Shown here one piece after another: positions 38,828 through 48,604 of a DNA stretch of 64,000 nt; positions within the stretch are counted from its first letter, which is position 1, and every line of letters starts with the position of its first letter. The position numbers and the translations under genes are program-made. The notes under the pieces are model-generated. The model was given only the letters and a program-made list of their open reading frames with translations. It did no database searches and was not told the DNA's origin. The stretch is from Candidatus Aenigmatarchaeota archaeon (lineage in GTDB: Archaea; Aenigmatarchaeota; Aenigmatarchaeia; QMZP01; QMZT01): NCBI GenBank assembly GCA_963726265.1, contig CAVSBQ010000002.1, forward strand, positions 1,024,001 to 1,088,000. Direction: 5' to 3'.

Positions 38828-39757
38828 TTATGATTTAAATAACCCTTTCCTCAGCTCTTCAAGTTTTTTAACTCTTACGCTCCCACCGGATAAACTTGAA
38901 ATATTATCAATCGTATGCTCAATGTTTTTCAAAAGGTGCATATATTCCGGTACTTTGTCAACTGACAGTTCAGGGCCATCAAATTCCGTTAGACCATCGG
39001 CGAATGCTCTCAAAATCTTTTCCCCGTCGCTCTTGTAATTATAAACAGATACCCTTCCAATCGGAAAAAGCTTCTTTTCTCTAAAGGGTACTTGAGGCGC
39101 CGTGCATCTTATAACATGAAAAGCTGCTATTGTTTCATTATCACTCATTTCTTTATAAACTTTCTCTAGTTCCCCAAGTTTTATTATAATCTCTTCCATT
39201 TTCAACGCTAATTGTTCGTTTTCTGCATATTTTCCAAGCTCTCTCAACGTTTCTTCGCATCTATCAAACCAAATGCCTTTATCCGAACTGGAATTAAACC
39301 CGCCTGTTTTAGCGTAAAAAAATTCCATGGGGTCTGTTTTCGGATCCCAAAAAACCCTGAATTCTTTATATGGAAGCTTCTCTCTCGGTTGAGCATCTTT
39401 TCTCGGATGATCAGCATCCTTTTCAGCATCTGGAGCATCGGGGAGGGACAGGAGGAAAAGCGTTGAAAAATCTCCGTGGATATATTCCTTTAGTGGGATT
39501 CTAAAATTATTTTCGAGCATTTTAATGTGATACGCTTCTGAAAAAAATCTCCCTTTGGAAATTAAATTGCTGGTTTTGCCTATTCTGAGTTCTCCAATCT
39601 TTTCTGTAGTAAGATTATCCACGTGCGCGCAAGCTTTACTCAACTGTTCCGCGTCTCCTAGACAAAAATAGACTTCAGATGCAGCATGGACTGTATGATG
39701 GTATACTCCTTGCGCAATAAACAGGTTTGGCTTCAGAATTTCTATTTTTCCGGTCAT
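38828..39757 (-). CDS. AT-rich orphan hypothetical protein
   Basis: 309-aa ORF; TTTATAAA ~25 nt upstream. Confidence 0.75.
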   Translation of the reverse strand: MTGKIEILKPNLFIAQGVYHHTVHAASEVYFCLGDAEQLSKACAHVDNLTTEKIGELRIGKTSNLISKGRFFSEAYHIKMLENNFRIPLKEYIHGDFSTLFLLSLPDAPDAEKDADHPRKDAQPREKLPYKEFRVFWDPKTDPMEFFYAKTGGFNSSSDKGIWFDRCEETLRELGKYAENEQLALKMEEIIIKLGELEKVYKEMSDNETIAAFHVIRCTAPQVPFREKKLFPIGRVSVYNYKSDGEKILRAFADGLTEFDGPELSVDKVPEYMHLLKNIEHTIDNISSLSGGSVRVKKLEELRKGLFKS

Positions 39758-39833
39758 GTTAACTAACAAAATGTTAAATTTTATAAAGCCTTATTGTGCC
39801 TGCGGGCACGGCAAAGCGGCATGAAAAACAGCT

Positions 39834-40085
39834 CTACAGGCTTCTCGAGACCTCGACGGTCTCGGACGACTGGACGTGCTTTATCTTCGCGATTTGCTCC
39901 TCGAGCTTCGGTAGCGTCCCTTCCTCATCGGGAATGATTTTCGTGAACTTCCAAGCCTTGAGGCCGAAGGCGATGGGATCCTCCTCGAGGCGCTGGGGCT
40001 TGAGCTTCTCGAGTTCGTGCTTTACCGCATCGAAGAAATCCATGCTTTCCGGGATTACCCTGAAAACGACTATGACGTCACCCAT
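39834..40085 (-). CDS. ef1b: Elongation factor 1-beta
   Basis: MGDVIVVFRVIPES, EDPIAFGLKA; GAGGTG SD. Confidence 0.93.
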   Translation of the reverse strand: MGDVIVVFRVIPESMDFFDAVKHELEKLKPQRLEEDPIAFGLKAWKFTKIIPDEEGTLPKLEEQIAKIKHVQSSETVEVSRSL

Positions 40086-40142
40086 GTTTAACACCTCTAA
40101 AATCTATGGTTTGCCGGCGCGGCTTTGCCGCGCCTTTCGAAG

Positions 40143-40301
40143 CTACGGCCCTCTGAAGCCGCATGAGCCGCATTCGTACACGTTCGTCAGCTTCCTGCAC
40201 TTGCCGCACCTTATTATCTTCGCCTTGCCGCAGCCGGGGCATCCGAACTCGACCCAGCCCTTCTGGTTCTCTATGTTGACTCCGCAACTTGAGCATTTCA
40301 T
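40143..40301 (-). CDS. Zn-ribbon protein, DUF1610/HVO_2753 family
   Basis: Translated by hand: MKCSSCG...FGCPGCG..IIRCGKCRK..YECGSCGFRGP*; usual position upstream of ef1b. Confidence 0.9.
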   Translation of the reverse strand: MKCSSCGVNIENQKGWVEFGCPGCGKAKIIRCGKCRKLTNVYECGSCGFRGP

Positions 40302-40456
40302 ATTCAGACCTCTCGCATGGTTGTGAATGGTTGTATCAATAATTATAAGGCGATATATTTAAATATTGCTCATCATTAATACTGTATTGGTCAATGACCG
40401 AGCCGGACGAACAAACAGGACAGCATAAACGGAAATGAAAACGCCGGCAAGGAGGG

Positions 40457-40831
40457 ATGGACATGCCAAAATTCGTGAAAGCGGAGATATCGAAGGATTT
40501 AACGGACAAGATTTACGAAGCCGTTGAAATAGCCCACAGCACGGGCAAGCTGAGGAAAGGGGTGAACGAGACCACGAAGTGCCTCGAAAGAGGGCTCGCG
40601 AAGATGGTCATCGTCGCTGCCGACGTCACGCCTGAGGAAGTCGTGATGCACCTGCCGGTTCTGTGCAACGAGAAGAAGGTCCTTTGCGTAGAGGTGCCGT
40701 CGAAGCTCGAGCTAGGCAAAGCCGCGGGCATAGAAGTGGGAACCTCAAGCATCGCCATAGAGGAAACGGGCGATTCGAAAAAGCTGGTCGAAGACATAAA
40801 GAGGAAGCTCGAAGGCCCTCAGGCCAAGTGA
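40457..40831 (+). CDS. rpl7ae: 50S ribosomal protein eL8 (L7Ae)
   Basis: KLRKGVNETTK, ADVTPEEVVMHLP, ELGKAAGI. Confidence 0.97.
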   Translation: MDMPKFVKAEISKDLTDKIYEAVEIAHSTGKLRKGVNETTKCLERGLAKMVIVAADVTPEEVVMHLPVLCNEKKVLCVEVPSKLELGKAAGIEVGTSSIAIEETGDSKKLVEDIKRKLEGPQAK

Positions 40832-40840
40832 GCGTGAATT

Positions 40841-41041
40841 ATGGTCGTAGCAGCCGAAGTTTTGCAGGTAATGGAGAAGCTAGGAGTCAAGGGAGTGACC
40901 AGGGTCCGCTGCAAGGTGCTCGAAGGGCGCGACAAAGGCAAGGTCCTCATGAGGAACGTCTCCGGCCCGGTTAGGAAGAACGACATCATAATGCTCAAGG
41001 ACACGGAGATGGACGCTGCCGGCAGGATGTCCGGCGGTTAG
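40841..41041 (+). CDS. rps28e: 30S ribosomal protein eS28
   Basis: [26 protein letters not shown]. Confidence 0.95.
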   Translation: MVVAAEVLQVMEKLGVKGVTRVRCKVLEGRDKGKVLMRNVSGPVRKNDIIMLKDTEMDAAGRMSGG

Positions 41042-41081
41042 CCCATAACCGGGTCTTGCTGGAACGCTAAAGGTGTTAATC

Positions 41082-41282
41082 ATGAAATGCTCTATGTGCA
41101 AGTCGAACATGCCCAGGGGAACGGGCAAGATGCTCGTGAGGAACGACGGCAGGATCGTCTACTTCTGCAGCTCCAAGTGCCAGAAAAACTGGAACATGGG
41201 CAGGATGGACAAGAACCTGAAGTGGACGGGCGCTGAAACCCCAAAGAAAGCCAAGGTCAAAACCGAGGCGAAGGCCCAGTAG
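41082..41282 (+). CDS. rpl24e: 50S ribosomal protein eL24
   Basis: CSMC..GTGKMLVRNDG..FCSSKC..LKWT. Confidence 0.95.
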   Translation: MKCSMCKSNMPRGTGKMLVRNDGRIVYFCSSKCQKNWNMGRMDKNLKWTGAETPKKAKVKTEAKAQ

Positions 41283-41299
41283 AATCCTGAAAGCCCGGA

Positions 41300-41704
41300 T
41301 TATTTTTCGCTTTTTTCTTCAGCCTTTTTCTTTTCAGGCTTACCTTCGTCTTTTTGCCTGCCTCTCACCCTGAGCTTGTGCAGCCAGGTCGCCAGGACCA
41401 GCACGACTGTTATCCACAGGTAGACGAGCAGGAAGCCGTAAAGGTAGAAGCCCACCGACACGGCCAGGCCCAGGCCCGCCGACGCCAGGTTCTGGAAAAG
41501 GTAGACCGGCGTCCTGAAGTTGATGTTCGTGTCCAGGAACATCAGCACCGCGGCAGCCATCATGGCGAGCGCGGCGAAGAACACGAGCACGTTTTCCGTT
41601 ATGGCGAAGAAGATGAAGGACGACGTGAACAGGCTGCCTATGAGGAAGCATCTCCATGCCTGGAGCTTGTCTCCGACCTTCTTCGGGTTGTAGAGCAGCC
41701 TCAT
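41300..41704 (-). CDS. Small multi-pass membrane protein
   Basis: Four hydrophobic segments and a basic tail. Confidence 0.75.
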   Translation of the reverse strand: MRLLYNPKKVGDKLQAWRCFLIGSLFTSSFIFFAITENVLVFFAALAMMAAAVLMFLDTNINFRTPVYLFQNLASAGLGLAVSVGFYLYGFLLVYLWITVVLVLATWLHKLRVRGRQKDEGKPEKKKAEEKSEK

Positions 41705-41772
41705 GATAAATAATTAAAAATGGCATTTTATAAGTTCAACGCTTCCCGGGTTCGCCCAGGCATTCCATGCCT

Positions 41773-44181
41773 TCAATCGTCCACGTAGTTCGTGTCTTCC
41801 TTCCTGCTCTTCTTCCTCTCCATGCCTTTGGACCTGAACTCGTCGATTATCTTCTCGTAATACCTGAGCATCTCCGGCGTTATCGAAGGGCTCGAATTCC
41901 TCAGCGCCTCGTCGAAGTGCTTCTTCGTGACGCGGTATTTATCCCCGTCGCCCTTTGCTTTCGCCTTCGCGTTTCTGGAATCATTCGCAGTTTTCCCGGG
42001 CTTTTTTTCTCCCTCGCTGGCCATGATTTCCCTTATCGCGTTTATGCCGGCCTCCCTGCACAAAGCTTCGATGTCGGCGCCGGAGTAGCCTTCCGTCGCC
42101 TTCGCGAGCTTCTTCAGGTCCACGTCCTTCAGCGGCATCCGCTTCGTGTGTATTTTGAAGACCTCGAGCCTCGCCTTATCGTCCGGCGCGGGCACCAGCA
42201 CCTGCCTGTCAAACCTCCCTGGTCTCAGCAGCGCCGGGTCGAGTATGTCGGGCCTGTTCGTTGCGCCTATCACGACGACGTTGTGCATCTCCTCGACTCC
42301 TGACATCTGGGTCAGGATCTGGGACACCACGTTCTCCATCACCCTGTTGCCGACGTCAAGGCCTCTTCTGGGGACGAGCGCGTCCATCTCGTCGAAGAAT
42401 ATCACGCTCGGCGCGACCTGCTTCGCCTTCTTGAAAATCTCGCGTATGTGCTTCTCGCTCTCGCCGACCCATTTGCTCAGGACTTCCGGTCCGCGGACTG
42501 AGATGAAATTAGCCCCGCTCTCGGAAGCGACGGCTTTCGCGAGCAGCGTCTTTCCAGTTCCGGGCGGCCCGTAAAGCAAAATCCCCCTTGGCGGCGATAT
42601 GCCCATCTTGGTGAAGACTTCCGGGTTCTTCAGCGGCCACTCGGTTATTTCTTTCAGCGACTGCTTCACGCCATCGAGGCCACCTATGTCGTTCCATTTT
42701 ATGGTCGGGATCTCTATCATAACCTCGCGCATGCCCGACGGTTCGACCATCTTCAGCGCGTTCTCGAAATCCTTCCTGTTGACCTTAAGCTTCTTCAGGA
42801 CTTCCTGCGGGATTTCCTCCTCCTCCTTCTTCCACGTTAGCTCAGGAAGATTACGCTTCAGTGCGGACATCGCGGCTTCTTTCGCGAGCGCCTCGAGGTC
42901 CGCGCCGACGAAGCCGTATGTTATGCTCGAAAGCCAGTTCAGGTCGACATCCGGCTCGAGGGGCATGTTCCTCACGTGTATCTGCAGTATTTCCCTGCGC
43001 CCTCTCGTATCGGGAACGCCCAGCTCTATCTCGCGGTCGAACCTGCCCGGCCTCCTCAGCGCGGGGTCAAGCGAATTCGGCATGTTCGTCGCGGCGATGA
43101 CGATGACCTTTCCCCTCGCCTTCAGCCCGTCCATGAGCGCGAGCAATTGCGAAACCGTCCGCTTCTCGACCTCGCCCGTGACCTCTTCTCGTTTCGGCGC
43201 GATCGCGTCTATCTCGTCTATGAATATTATGGACGGCGCGGACTTCTCGGCTTCCTCGAAAATCTTGCGCAAATTCTCTTCCGTCTGGCCATACCATTTG
43301 GACATTATTTCCGGCCCCGCAATCGAATAGAAGCTCGCCCCGGACTCATTTGCCACGGCCTTCGCGAGCAGCGTCTTTCCAGTCCCGGGCGGCCCGTAGA
43401 GCAGAACGCCCTTCGGCGGATCTATGCCCAGGCGGGTAAAAAGCTCGGGATGGCGCAGCGGCAGCTCTATCATCTCCCTTATCTTCTCTATCGTGCCGTG
43501 CAGGCCGCCGATATCCTCGTAGGTGATGGTCGGGCCCTTCCCTGCCGTCTCTATGTCGACCGCTTCCTTCCTGAGCTCTATCTGCGTCGCCGGCGTGATC
43601 TTGACTATGCCTTCGGGCTGCGTCGCGACGACCGCCAGCCGCGTCTCGCTCTGCATGGGTATGAACGAGAAATTCTCGATGCCTATGCCGAAGTTCCTCA
43701 GCAGGTCGAACGGGTCCATGTCGTCCCCGAAAGGACTCGCGCTGCGCCTCGTTCTTGACACGGGCGACGGCGATATAACGTCGCCTTTGCTGACCGGCCT
43801 GCCGGCAAGGTTCTGCCTCAGGAGGTCGGCAACGCCCTGCGAGACCTCGAGCATCTCGTCCTTCTGTGCGGGCGCTATCACGATTTTTTTCGCGTCCTTG
43901 ACGTCGGCCTTCACTATCTTTACCGTCTCGCCCACGCCGACGCCTATGTTCGTTCTGGTTATGCCGTCCATCCTGGCCACGCTGAGCCCGATGTCCGACG
44001 GGTAGGCGCGCACGGCGATCGCGCCCGTCTTCTTCTGGCCGCCGAGCTCTATGACGTCGCCTTCCCTTATGCCCAGCTCGCCCATGGTTTTCGCGTCTAT
44101 CCTGACAATGCCGATGCCAAACTCGCCGCGGTCGGTCAGTTCGCCGACCTTGAGCGCCACGTCCTTTTCCTTACCTGCCAT
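41773..44181 (-). CDS. cdc48: CDC48/p97/VAT AAA+ ATPase
   Basis: Double-psi barrel N-domain; two GPPGTGKT Walker A motifs, IFIDE and FFDE Walker B, RPGRFDR twice. Confidence 0.97.
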   Translation of the reverse strand: MAGKEKDVALKVGELTDRGEFGIGIVRIDAKTMGELGIREGDVIELGGQKKTGAIAVRAYPSDIGLSVARMDGITRTNIGVGVGETVKIVKADVKDAKKIVIAPAQKDEMLEVSQGVADLLRQNLAGRPVSKGDVISPSPVSRTRRSASPFGDDMDPFDLLRNFGIGIENFSFIPMQSETRLAVVATQPEGIVKITPATQIELRKEAVDIETAGKGPTITYEDIGGLHGTIEKIREMIELPLRHPELFTRLGIDPPKGVLLYGPPGTGKTLLAKAVANESGASFYSIAGPEIMSKWYGQTEENLRKIFEEAEKSAPSIIFIDEIDAIAPKREEVTGEVEKRTVSQLLALMDGLKARGKVIVIAATNMPNSLDPALRRPGRFDREIELGVPDTRGRREILQIHVRNMPLEPDVDLNWLSSITYGFVGADLEALAKEAAMSALKRNLPELTWKKEEEEIPQEVLKKLKVNRKDFENALKMVEPSGMREVMIEIPTIKWNDIGGLDGVKQSLKEITEWPLKNPEVFTKMGISPPRGILLYGPPGTGKTLLAKAVASESGANFISVRGPEVLSKWVGESEKHIREIFKKAKQVAPSVIFFDEMDALVPRRGLDVGNRVMENVVSQILTQMSGVEEMHNVVVIGATNRPDILDPALLRPGRFDRQVLVPAPDDKARLEVFKIHTKRMPLKDVDLKKLAKATEGYSGADIEALCREAGINAIREIMASEGEKKPGKTANDSRNAKAKAKGDGDKYRVTKKHFDEALRNSSPSITPEMLRYYEKIIDEFRSKGMERKKSRKEDTNYVDD

Positions 44182-44452
44182 AAAAATCACCCTCCATCAA
44201 AACGTTTTCATGCGGAACGCCTGCCGGTTCCAATGCATCATGATTTCCCGTATTATGCCCCGGATAATAGTTACCCGGCGCGATATTAATTTCTTTCATC
44301 GTTTCCACGGCCCCTTCCAGTTCCCTGTTGCAAAAATCGCCCAGCTTCTTCTGGCCGCCTGGCAGCTTCTCCCCGGGCCCGAGCGGGAACGGCCTCTTCG
44401 GCCTTTCCATCCCTCCGTCCATCTGCACCTGCTGTCCCTTGAATATTATCAT
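44171..44452 (-). CDS. Small hypothetical protein between the HTH gene and cdc48
   Basis: 93 aa; GAGGCGG SD; fills the gap and overlaps the cdc48 start by 11 nt. Confidence 0.5.
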   Translation of the reverse strand: MIIFKGQQVQMDGGMERPKRPFPLGPGEKLPGGQKKLGDFCNRELEGAVETMKEINIAPGNYYPGHNTGNHDALEPAGVPHENVLMEGDFYGR

Positions 44453-44462
44453 GTTCCCGCCT

Positions 44463-44714
44463 CTACTCCTGCACTCCCTGCACCCGTTTTTCGCGCTTCC
44501 TTATCCTTATGATGATAGAATGGCTCGTCTTGATGACCTCGATCTCCGGTTCCCTGCGCACCATCTGTATCATCTCGACATAGCGCCTCACCGTGACGTT
44601 GTGGATGCCCGTCCTCTCGGAGATGGCGTTAAGGCTGAACGCTTCATCCCTCTGCTTTTCCAGGAGATTCAGTATCTCCCTCATTATCTCAAGCGGGTCG
44701 CGCTTCATCGCCAT
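44463..44714 (-). CDS. Winged-HTH DNA-binding protein
   Basis: EILNLL..FSLNAISERTGIHNVTVRRYV; AGGTG SD. Confidence 0.8.
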   Translation of the reverse strand: MAMKRDPLEIMREILNLLEKQRDEAFSLNAISERTGIHNVTVRRYVEMIQMVRREPEIEVIKTSHSIIIRIRKREKRVQGVQE

Positions 44715-44888
44715 AACACCTTTCTTCAAATCCGATGAGGTTTTGAATTCGTTTACGAGATGCTTGCAGTGGTTTAGCTCTCTTCAGTATTATAACACAT
44801 ACATCTCCAGTATCATAACACATACATTTTGATGCTACTATTTGATACCACAATATATAAACCTTTACATTAAGAAGTATTTAAAGAT

Positions 44889-44944
44889 TTCGTTCGTTCC
44901 GGTTCCGTTGTTCCGTTCGGTTCGTTCGTCCCTCTCCGTCCGTC
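44889..44944. repeat. Imperfect GTTC tandem repeat
   Basis: TTCGTTCGTTCCGGTTCCGTTGTTCCGTTCGGTTCGTTCGTCC. Confidence 0.6.
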
Positions 44945-45326
44945 AGTTCCTGTGCGGCTTCATATGACAATATGGTTTGAGTGATCCTTGGGTGTGCGGG
45001 TGTTCTTGTCTGAAAAAAGCATCAATTTTTCCGAGAACTTCTGCCAACTCACTTTCTGTGGGCTCTCTCTCGAATTCCAATACCGCTGTATAATCATGAT
45101 GATTATATAATTTACCAGCGAAATCGGTCAGTTGTGGTTTTTTTTCACTCCTTTTTCCGTAATGAAAATCATCGCCATTGGATAAACTGATACTTGCAAC
45201 GAATGGATATTGTAAAACCATTTCAAGCGTTTCGGCGAGCCTTTCAGCTGGTCTTAGGCCTATTATTCCCTCGTCTTTCAGGTGCAGAGTAAAAATACTG
45301 GTGTATATTGTTGCAGCAGATTTCAT
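44943..45326 (-). CDS. AT-rich orphan hypothetical protein
   Basis: 127 aa; TTTTTAAA ~25 nt upstream. Confidence 0.65.
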   Translation of the reverse strand: MKSAATIYTSIFTLHLKDEGIIGLRPAERLAETLEMVLQYPFVASISLSNGDDFHYGKRSEKKPQLTDFAGKLYNHHDYTAVLEFEREPTESELAEVLGKIDAFFRQEHPHTQGSLKPYCHMKPHRN

Positions 45327-45380
45327 GGTTAATAACTTCGCAGGAAGAATTTAAAAACGTTAAAAATCAGTTTCTAGTCA

Positions 45381-45992
45381 TCATTCTAAAACGTGCACCA
45401 CTATCGGCACGTTGGGCCCGAAGTTCGTCGCGGTCTCTGTGCAGTCGGCGAAAGCGATTTCCTTGCAGGCGACGACGTTGAACATGTATACGCCGGCCGG
45501 CGTGCCGCCTGGGATGCGGATTTTGATGTCATAGAGGCCGACGAACGTGTGGTTTATCTCTATCGGCGTTTCCTGCTGGTCGAGCATGAGCCTCATGCGG
45601 GAGAGAAGCGCATCGCAGGTCGTGAAGTGCAGGCACTGGTAAGCGGCCATCACGTCGAAGTCCGCGGCGGCAGGGAAGGCCCTCGCTATGAAGTTGTGCT
45701 TCTTCCCGTCCTCCTGCAGGTTATTGAAGACGACGTCGAACGCGGCGGTGTCGTTGGGCCTTAGCCAGAACGTGTTCTCCCCGTATACCATGAAGCTGAA
45801 GTCCCCCTTTATGGTGACGTTGCCGCCGCCGAGATGGCTTGACCCGCTTTTATTATAATATTCATATGAAGTGTTCTCGTTCAGAGTGCGGCCGTCCCAG
45901 TCGCCTGCGGGCGTGGTCGTGCAGCCGCTCGCGAGGACGGCCAGAACTACCGTTACAAGCGCGATCACGCGCAGACGCATCCCAAGAGCCAT
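45381..45992 (-). CDS. Putative lipoprotein
   Basis: Lipobox LASGC; Ig-like C-terminus (TPAGVY). Confidence 0.75.
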   Translation of the reverse strand: MALGMRLRVIALVTVVLAVLASGCTTTPAGDWDGRTLNENTSYEYYNKSGSSHLGGGNVTIKGDFSFMVYGENTFWLRPNDTAAFDVVFNNLQEDGKKHNFIARAFPAAADFDVMAAYQCLHFTTCDALLSRMRLMLDQQETPIEINHTFVGLYDIKIRIPGGTPAGVYMFNVVACKEIAFADCTETATNFGPNVPIVVHVLE

Positions 45993-46059
45993 GTTGATTA
46001 ACATTTCTCCGAGGACACATAAAAACCAGCCTGATTAACACTCACGTATTTTATGTTAT

Positions 46060-46656
46060 CTAGAAAATATAGGCTACAATGAAGCCCGCGATGGCGAGGG
46101 CAAGCGCGGCCAGCCACACCTTCCGGTTCCACTGCATGACCTTCATGCCGTCCAGCGGCCCGAACGGTATGAGGTTGAAGATTGCGAGCCAGCCGTTTAT
46201 CACCGCCATGAACGAGAAGAGTTCGACGCCGCTCGCGAAGTAAGCGGCCAGCGAGCAGTACATGACGGTTATGTTGAACACGGTCCCTGCGATGCCTATG
46301 AGGCCGATGTCCCTGATTCTCGGCGTCCTCATTATCCAGTAGCTCGAGAAGACGACCGCGCCCGGCGCGGCGAAGACGAAGCCTCCGCCTGTGGCGATCG
46401 CGAGCAGGAGCGCGAGCAGCAGGCCCTGCGGCCACATCCTGTAGGCGGAATAGAAGCCCAGCTTCCTCGCGACGAAACGATGCGACAGCTCGTGGCCGAC
46501 GAAGGCGATGCCGACTCCCATCAGCGAGTATAATATGAAAAACGGATCCCCCAGAATTTCGGGATACGCGAAAACGAAGCCGAGAACCAGCAAAGAGATT
46601 GCAATGTCCCTTATTTCGATGAGGGTGAAATCGAATATGCTCGGCATGAACATCAC
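46060..46656 (-). CDS. Peptidase M50 (site-2 protease family)
   Basis: HELSH, FAAPGAV, IAG, FNLIPFGPLDG. Confidence 0.9.
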   Translation of the reverse strand: MMFMPSIFDFTLIEIRDIAISLLVLGFVFAYPEILGDPFFILYSLMGVGIAFVGHELSHRFVARKLGFYSAYRMWPQGLLLALLLAIATGGGFVFAAPGAVVFSSYWIMRTPRIRDIGLIGIAGTVFNITVMYCSLAAYFASGVELFSFMAVINGWLAIFNLIPFGPLDGMKVMQWNRKVWLAALALAIAGFIVAYIF

Positions 46657-46839
46657 GCATCGCTGTTTACCATTATCCTAATGGCGTCTTCCTGTATTTA
46701 ACCCTTTTTCTGTATTTGGCCCTGTATTTCTTTTTTTTCTTTCCCTCGAAGAATTCGAGCCTTTCGACGTTCGGCATTCGCAACGCCCCCTAACATAAAT
46801 GGGCGGGCTTTTTTAAATAATGAAATAAATTAGGATTGA

Positions 46840-47592
46840 ATGGCTGGAGAGTTGTTCGCATACGCTGTAATCGGAGTTTTCGCAGGCCTTGTTCTGCTGG
46901 TCCTGGGTCTCCTCTGGTTCAGGCAGAAGCAGCTGATAGAGAACACGCCGACATCGAAAGTGCGTTCGTTAGCGATGGGACTGGTGGAGATATTCGGGGA
47001 GGTCATTCCGGCAGAAAAGCGGATGCTGAAGAGCCCGTTCTCGGGAGAAGACTGCATCTATTACAACTACAGCGTCCAGGAGCTGCGCCAGCAGGGCAAA
47101 ACCAGCACGTGGGTGACTGTGAGGAGCGGGGAGGACAGGACGAAGTTCTACCTCAGGGACGACACGGGCCAGGTGCTCGTGGACCCCGCGGGAGCGTCCA
47201 TCGAGCTTTCCCCCGACTACGAATACGGCTCGGGCTGGGGCAGGGATCCGCCGCCGAACGTCATCGCGTTCCTTGACAGCCAGGGCATAGGGCACGCCAG
47301 TTTCTTGGGCATTAACAAGCAGATGCGCTTCGTCGAATACGACATCATGTCCGGCGACAAGCTCTACATAATGGGCACCGCGGGCGACAACCCCTACGTT
47401 GAAGAAGGGACGGCGAAGCAAAGCTACGAGGACATCATGATACACAAGGGCAATAACGAGAAGTTTTACATGATTTCGGACAAGCCGGAGAAGGATCTGC
47501 TCTCGACGTTCCGCATAAAGGTGGCCGTGGGAATCGTGGGAGGCATAGCCCTGGTCGCCGGCTGCCTGGCAATAATTTTTATAAACCCGTGA
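46840..47592 (+). CDS. GIDE-domain membrane protein
   Basis: TM, TPTSKVRSLAMGLVEIFG, SPFSGEDC, FYLRDDTGQVLVDP, C-terminal TM. Confidence 0.82.
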   Translation: MAGELFAYAVIGVFAGLVLLVLGLLWFRQKQLIENTPTSKVRSLAMGLVEIFGEVIPAEKRMLKSPFSGEDCIYYNYSVQELRQQGKTSTWVTVRSGEDRTKFYLRDDTGQVLVDPAGASIELSPDYEYGSGWGRDPPPNVIAFLDSQGIGHASFLGINKQMRFVEYDIMSGDKLYIMGTAGDNPYVEEGTAKQSYEDIMIHKGNNEKFYMISDKPEKDLLSTFRIKVAVGIVGGIALVAGCLAIIFINP

Positions 47593-47612
47593 TTGTTATA
47601 ATCCTCTAAGGA

Positions 47613-48194
47613 ATGGTGGTGAGTATGGCTTTCGAATTGGGTTTCATAATCATGGTGGTGCTGGGCCTTGTTGCCCTAGTCATAGTTGTGTATGTGGTTT
47701 CCGTTTTCAACGGGTTGGTCAGGCTGAAGAACAACATCAAGAAATCATTCTCGAACATAGAAGTCTTATTGAAGCAGAGGATCGACGAGCTGCCGAAGCT
47801 TATCGAGTCTGTTAAAGGCTACATGAAGCACGAGCGCGAGACGCTCACGCAGCTGACGAGGGCCAGGACAGAATTCATGAACGCCAAGACGCTGCCCGAG
47901 AAGGCGAAGGCCGACGGCATCATATCAGGCGCGCTTAAGACTATATTCGCGGTCGCCGAGAACTACCCCAACCTGAAGGCGAACGAGAACTTCATCCAGC
48001 TGCAGGGCAGGATAAGCGGCATCGAGAACGAGCTCGCCGACCGACGCGAATTCTACAACGATTCCGTCACGACCTACAACATCCGCATACAATCGATTCC
48101 GGACAGGTTCGTCGCCGGCATGCTGGGCTACACGCCCGAGGAGCTCTTCAAGGCGACGGAAGCCGAGAAGCGCGACGTGGAAGTGAAGTTCTGA
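47613..48194 (+). CDS. lemA: LemA family protein
   Basis: FNGLVRLKN, LKQRIDELPKL, AVAENYPNLKANENF, YNDSVTTYN. Confidence 0.94.
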   Translation: MVVSMAFELGFIIMVVLGLVALVIVVYVVSVFNGLVRLKNNIKKSFSNIEVLLKQRIDELPKLIESVKGYMKHERETLTQLTRARTEFMNAKTLPEKAKADGIISGALKTIFAVAENYPNLKANENFIQLQGRISGIENELADRREFYNDSVTTYNIRIQSIPDRFVAGMLGYTPEELFKATEAEKRDVEVKF

Positions 48195-48208
48195 ATTGGC
48201 AGAAGGCA

Positions 48209-48457
48209 TCAAATTATTTTTATTTTGCGCCAATGGCCAAATAACAGAGGTTTGGGAAATTCAAGCTCCAGTGAACTCAGTTCATAGTTGCTCCCCACAG
48301 CGCCGGTGCTTCCAGGCGGCAATGTTGCGGTATTTTCAAAGACCAGATGCCATTTGTAGCCCTTTGGTGTTTCTATGATTCCGGTTGCCTTTCCAGCGAG
48401 GGGATCCATATGCACATCGTACATACAAGATCTGAGCCAATTTGAGACATACCCCAT
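48209..48457 (-). CDS. Orphan hypothetical protein
   Basis: 82 aa from ATG 48457 after GAGGTGA SD. Confidence 0.55.
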   Translation of the reverse strand: MGYVSNWLRSCMYDVHMDPLAGKATGIIETPKGYKWHLVFENTATLPPGSTGAVGSNYELSSLELEFPKPLLFGHWRKIKII

Positions 48458-48542
48458 ACAATCACCTCTGAACCCGGATATCAATACTTCTCTGGAAATT
48501 TTAAAAATACATACTTTCCCAAGGTTTTGTTTGAAACCAGCA

Positions 48543-48570
48543 ATTTTCGGCCGCGGCCGAACAAAAACGG
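48543..48570. promoter_or_regulatory. 28-bp conserved motif, copy 1
   Basis: ATTTTCGG-CCGCG-GCCGAACAAAAACGG just upstream of TTTAATA. Confidence 0.6.
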
Positions 48571-48604
48571 AAGACTATTTAATATGGCCCGCCAAGAATA
48601 GGAC

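Noticed and set aside
40116..40134. GGCGCGGC-TTT-GCCGCGCC hairpin as an ncRNA
   Set aside because: An isolated 8-bp stem inside the DUF1610-ef1b spacer; too little to call an RNA gene.
40078..40296. 72-aa ORF from the track
   Set aside because: Wrong frame; the real gene is the Zn-ribbon ORF at 40143-40301.
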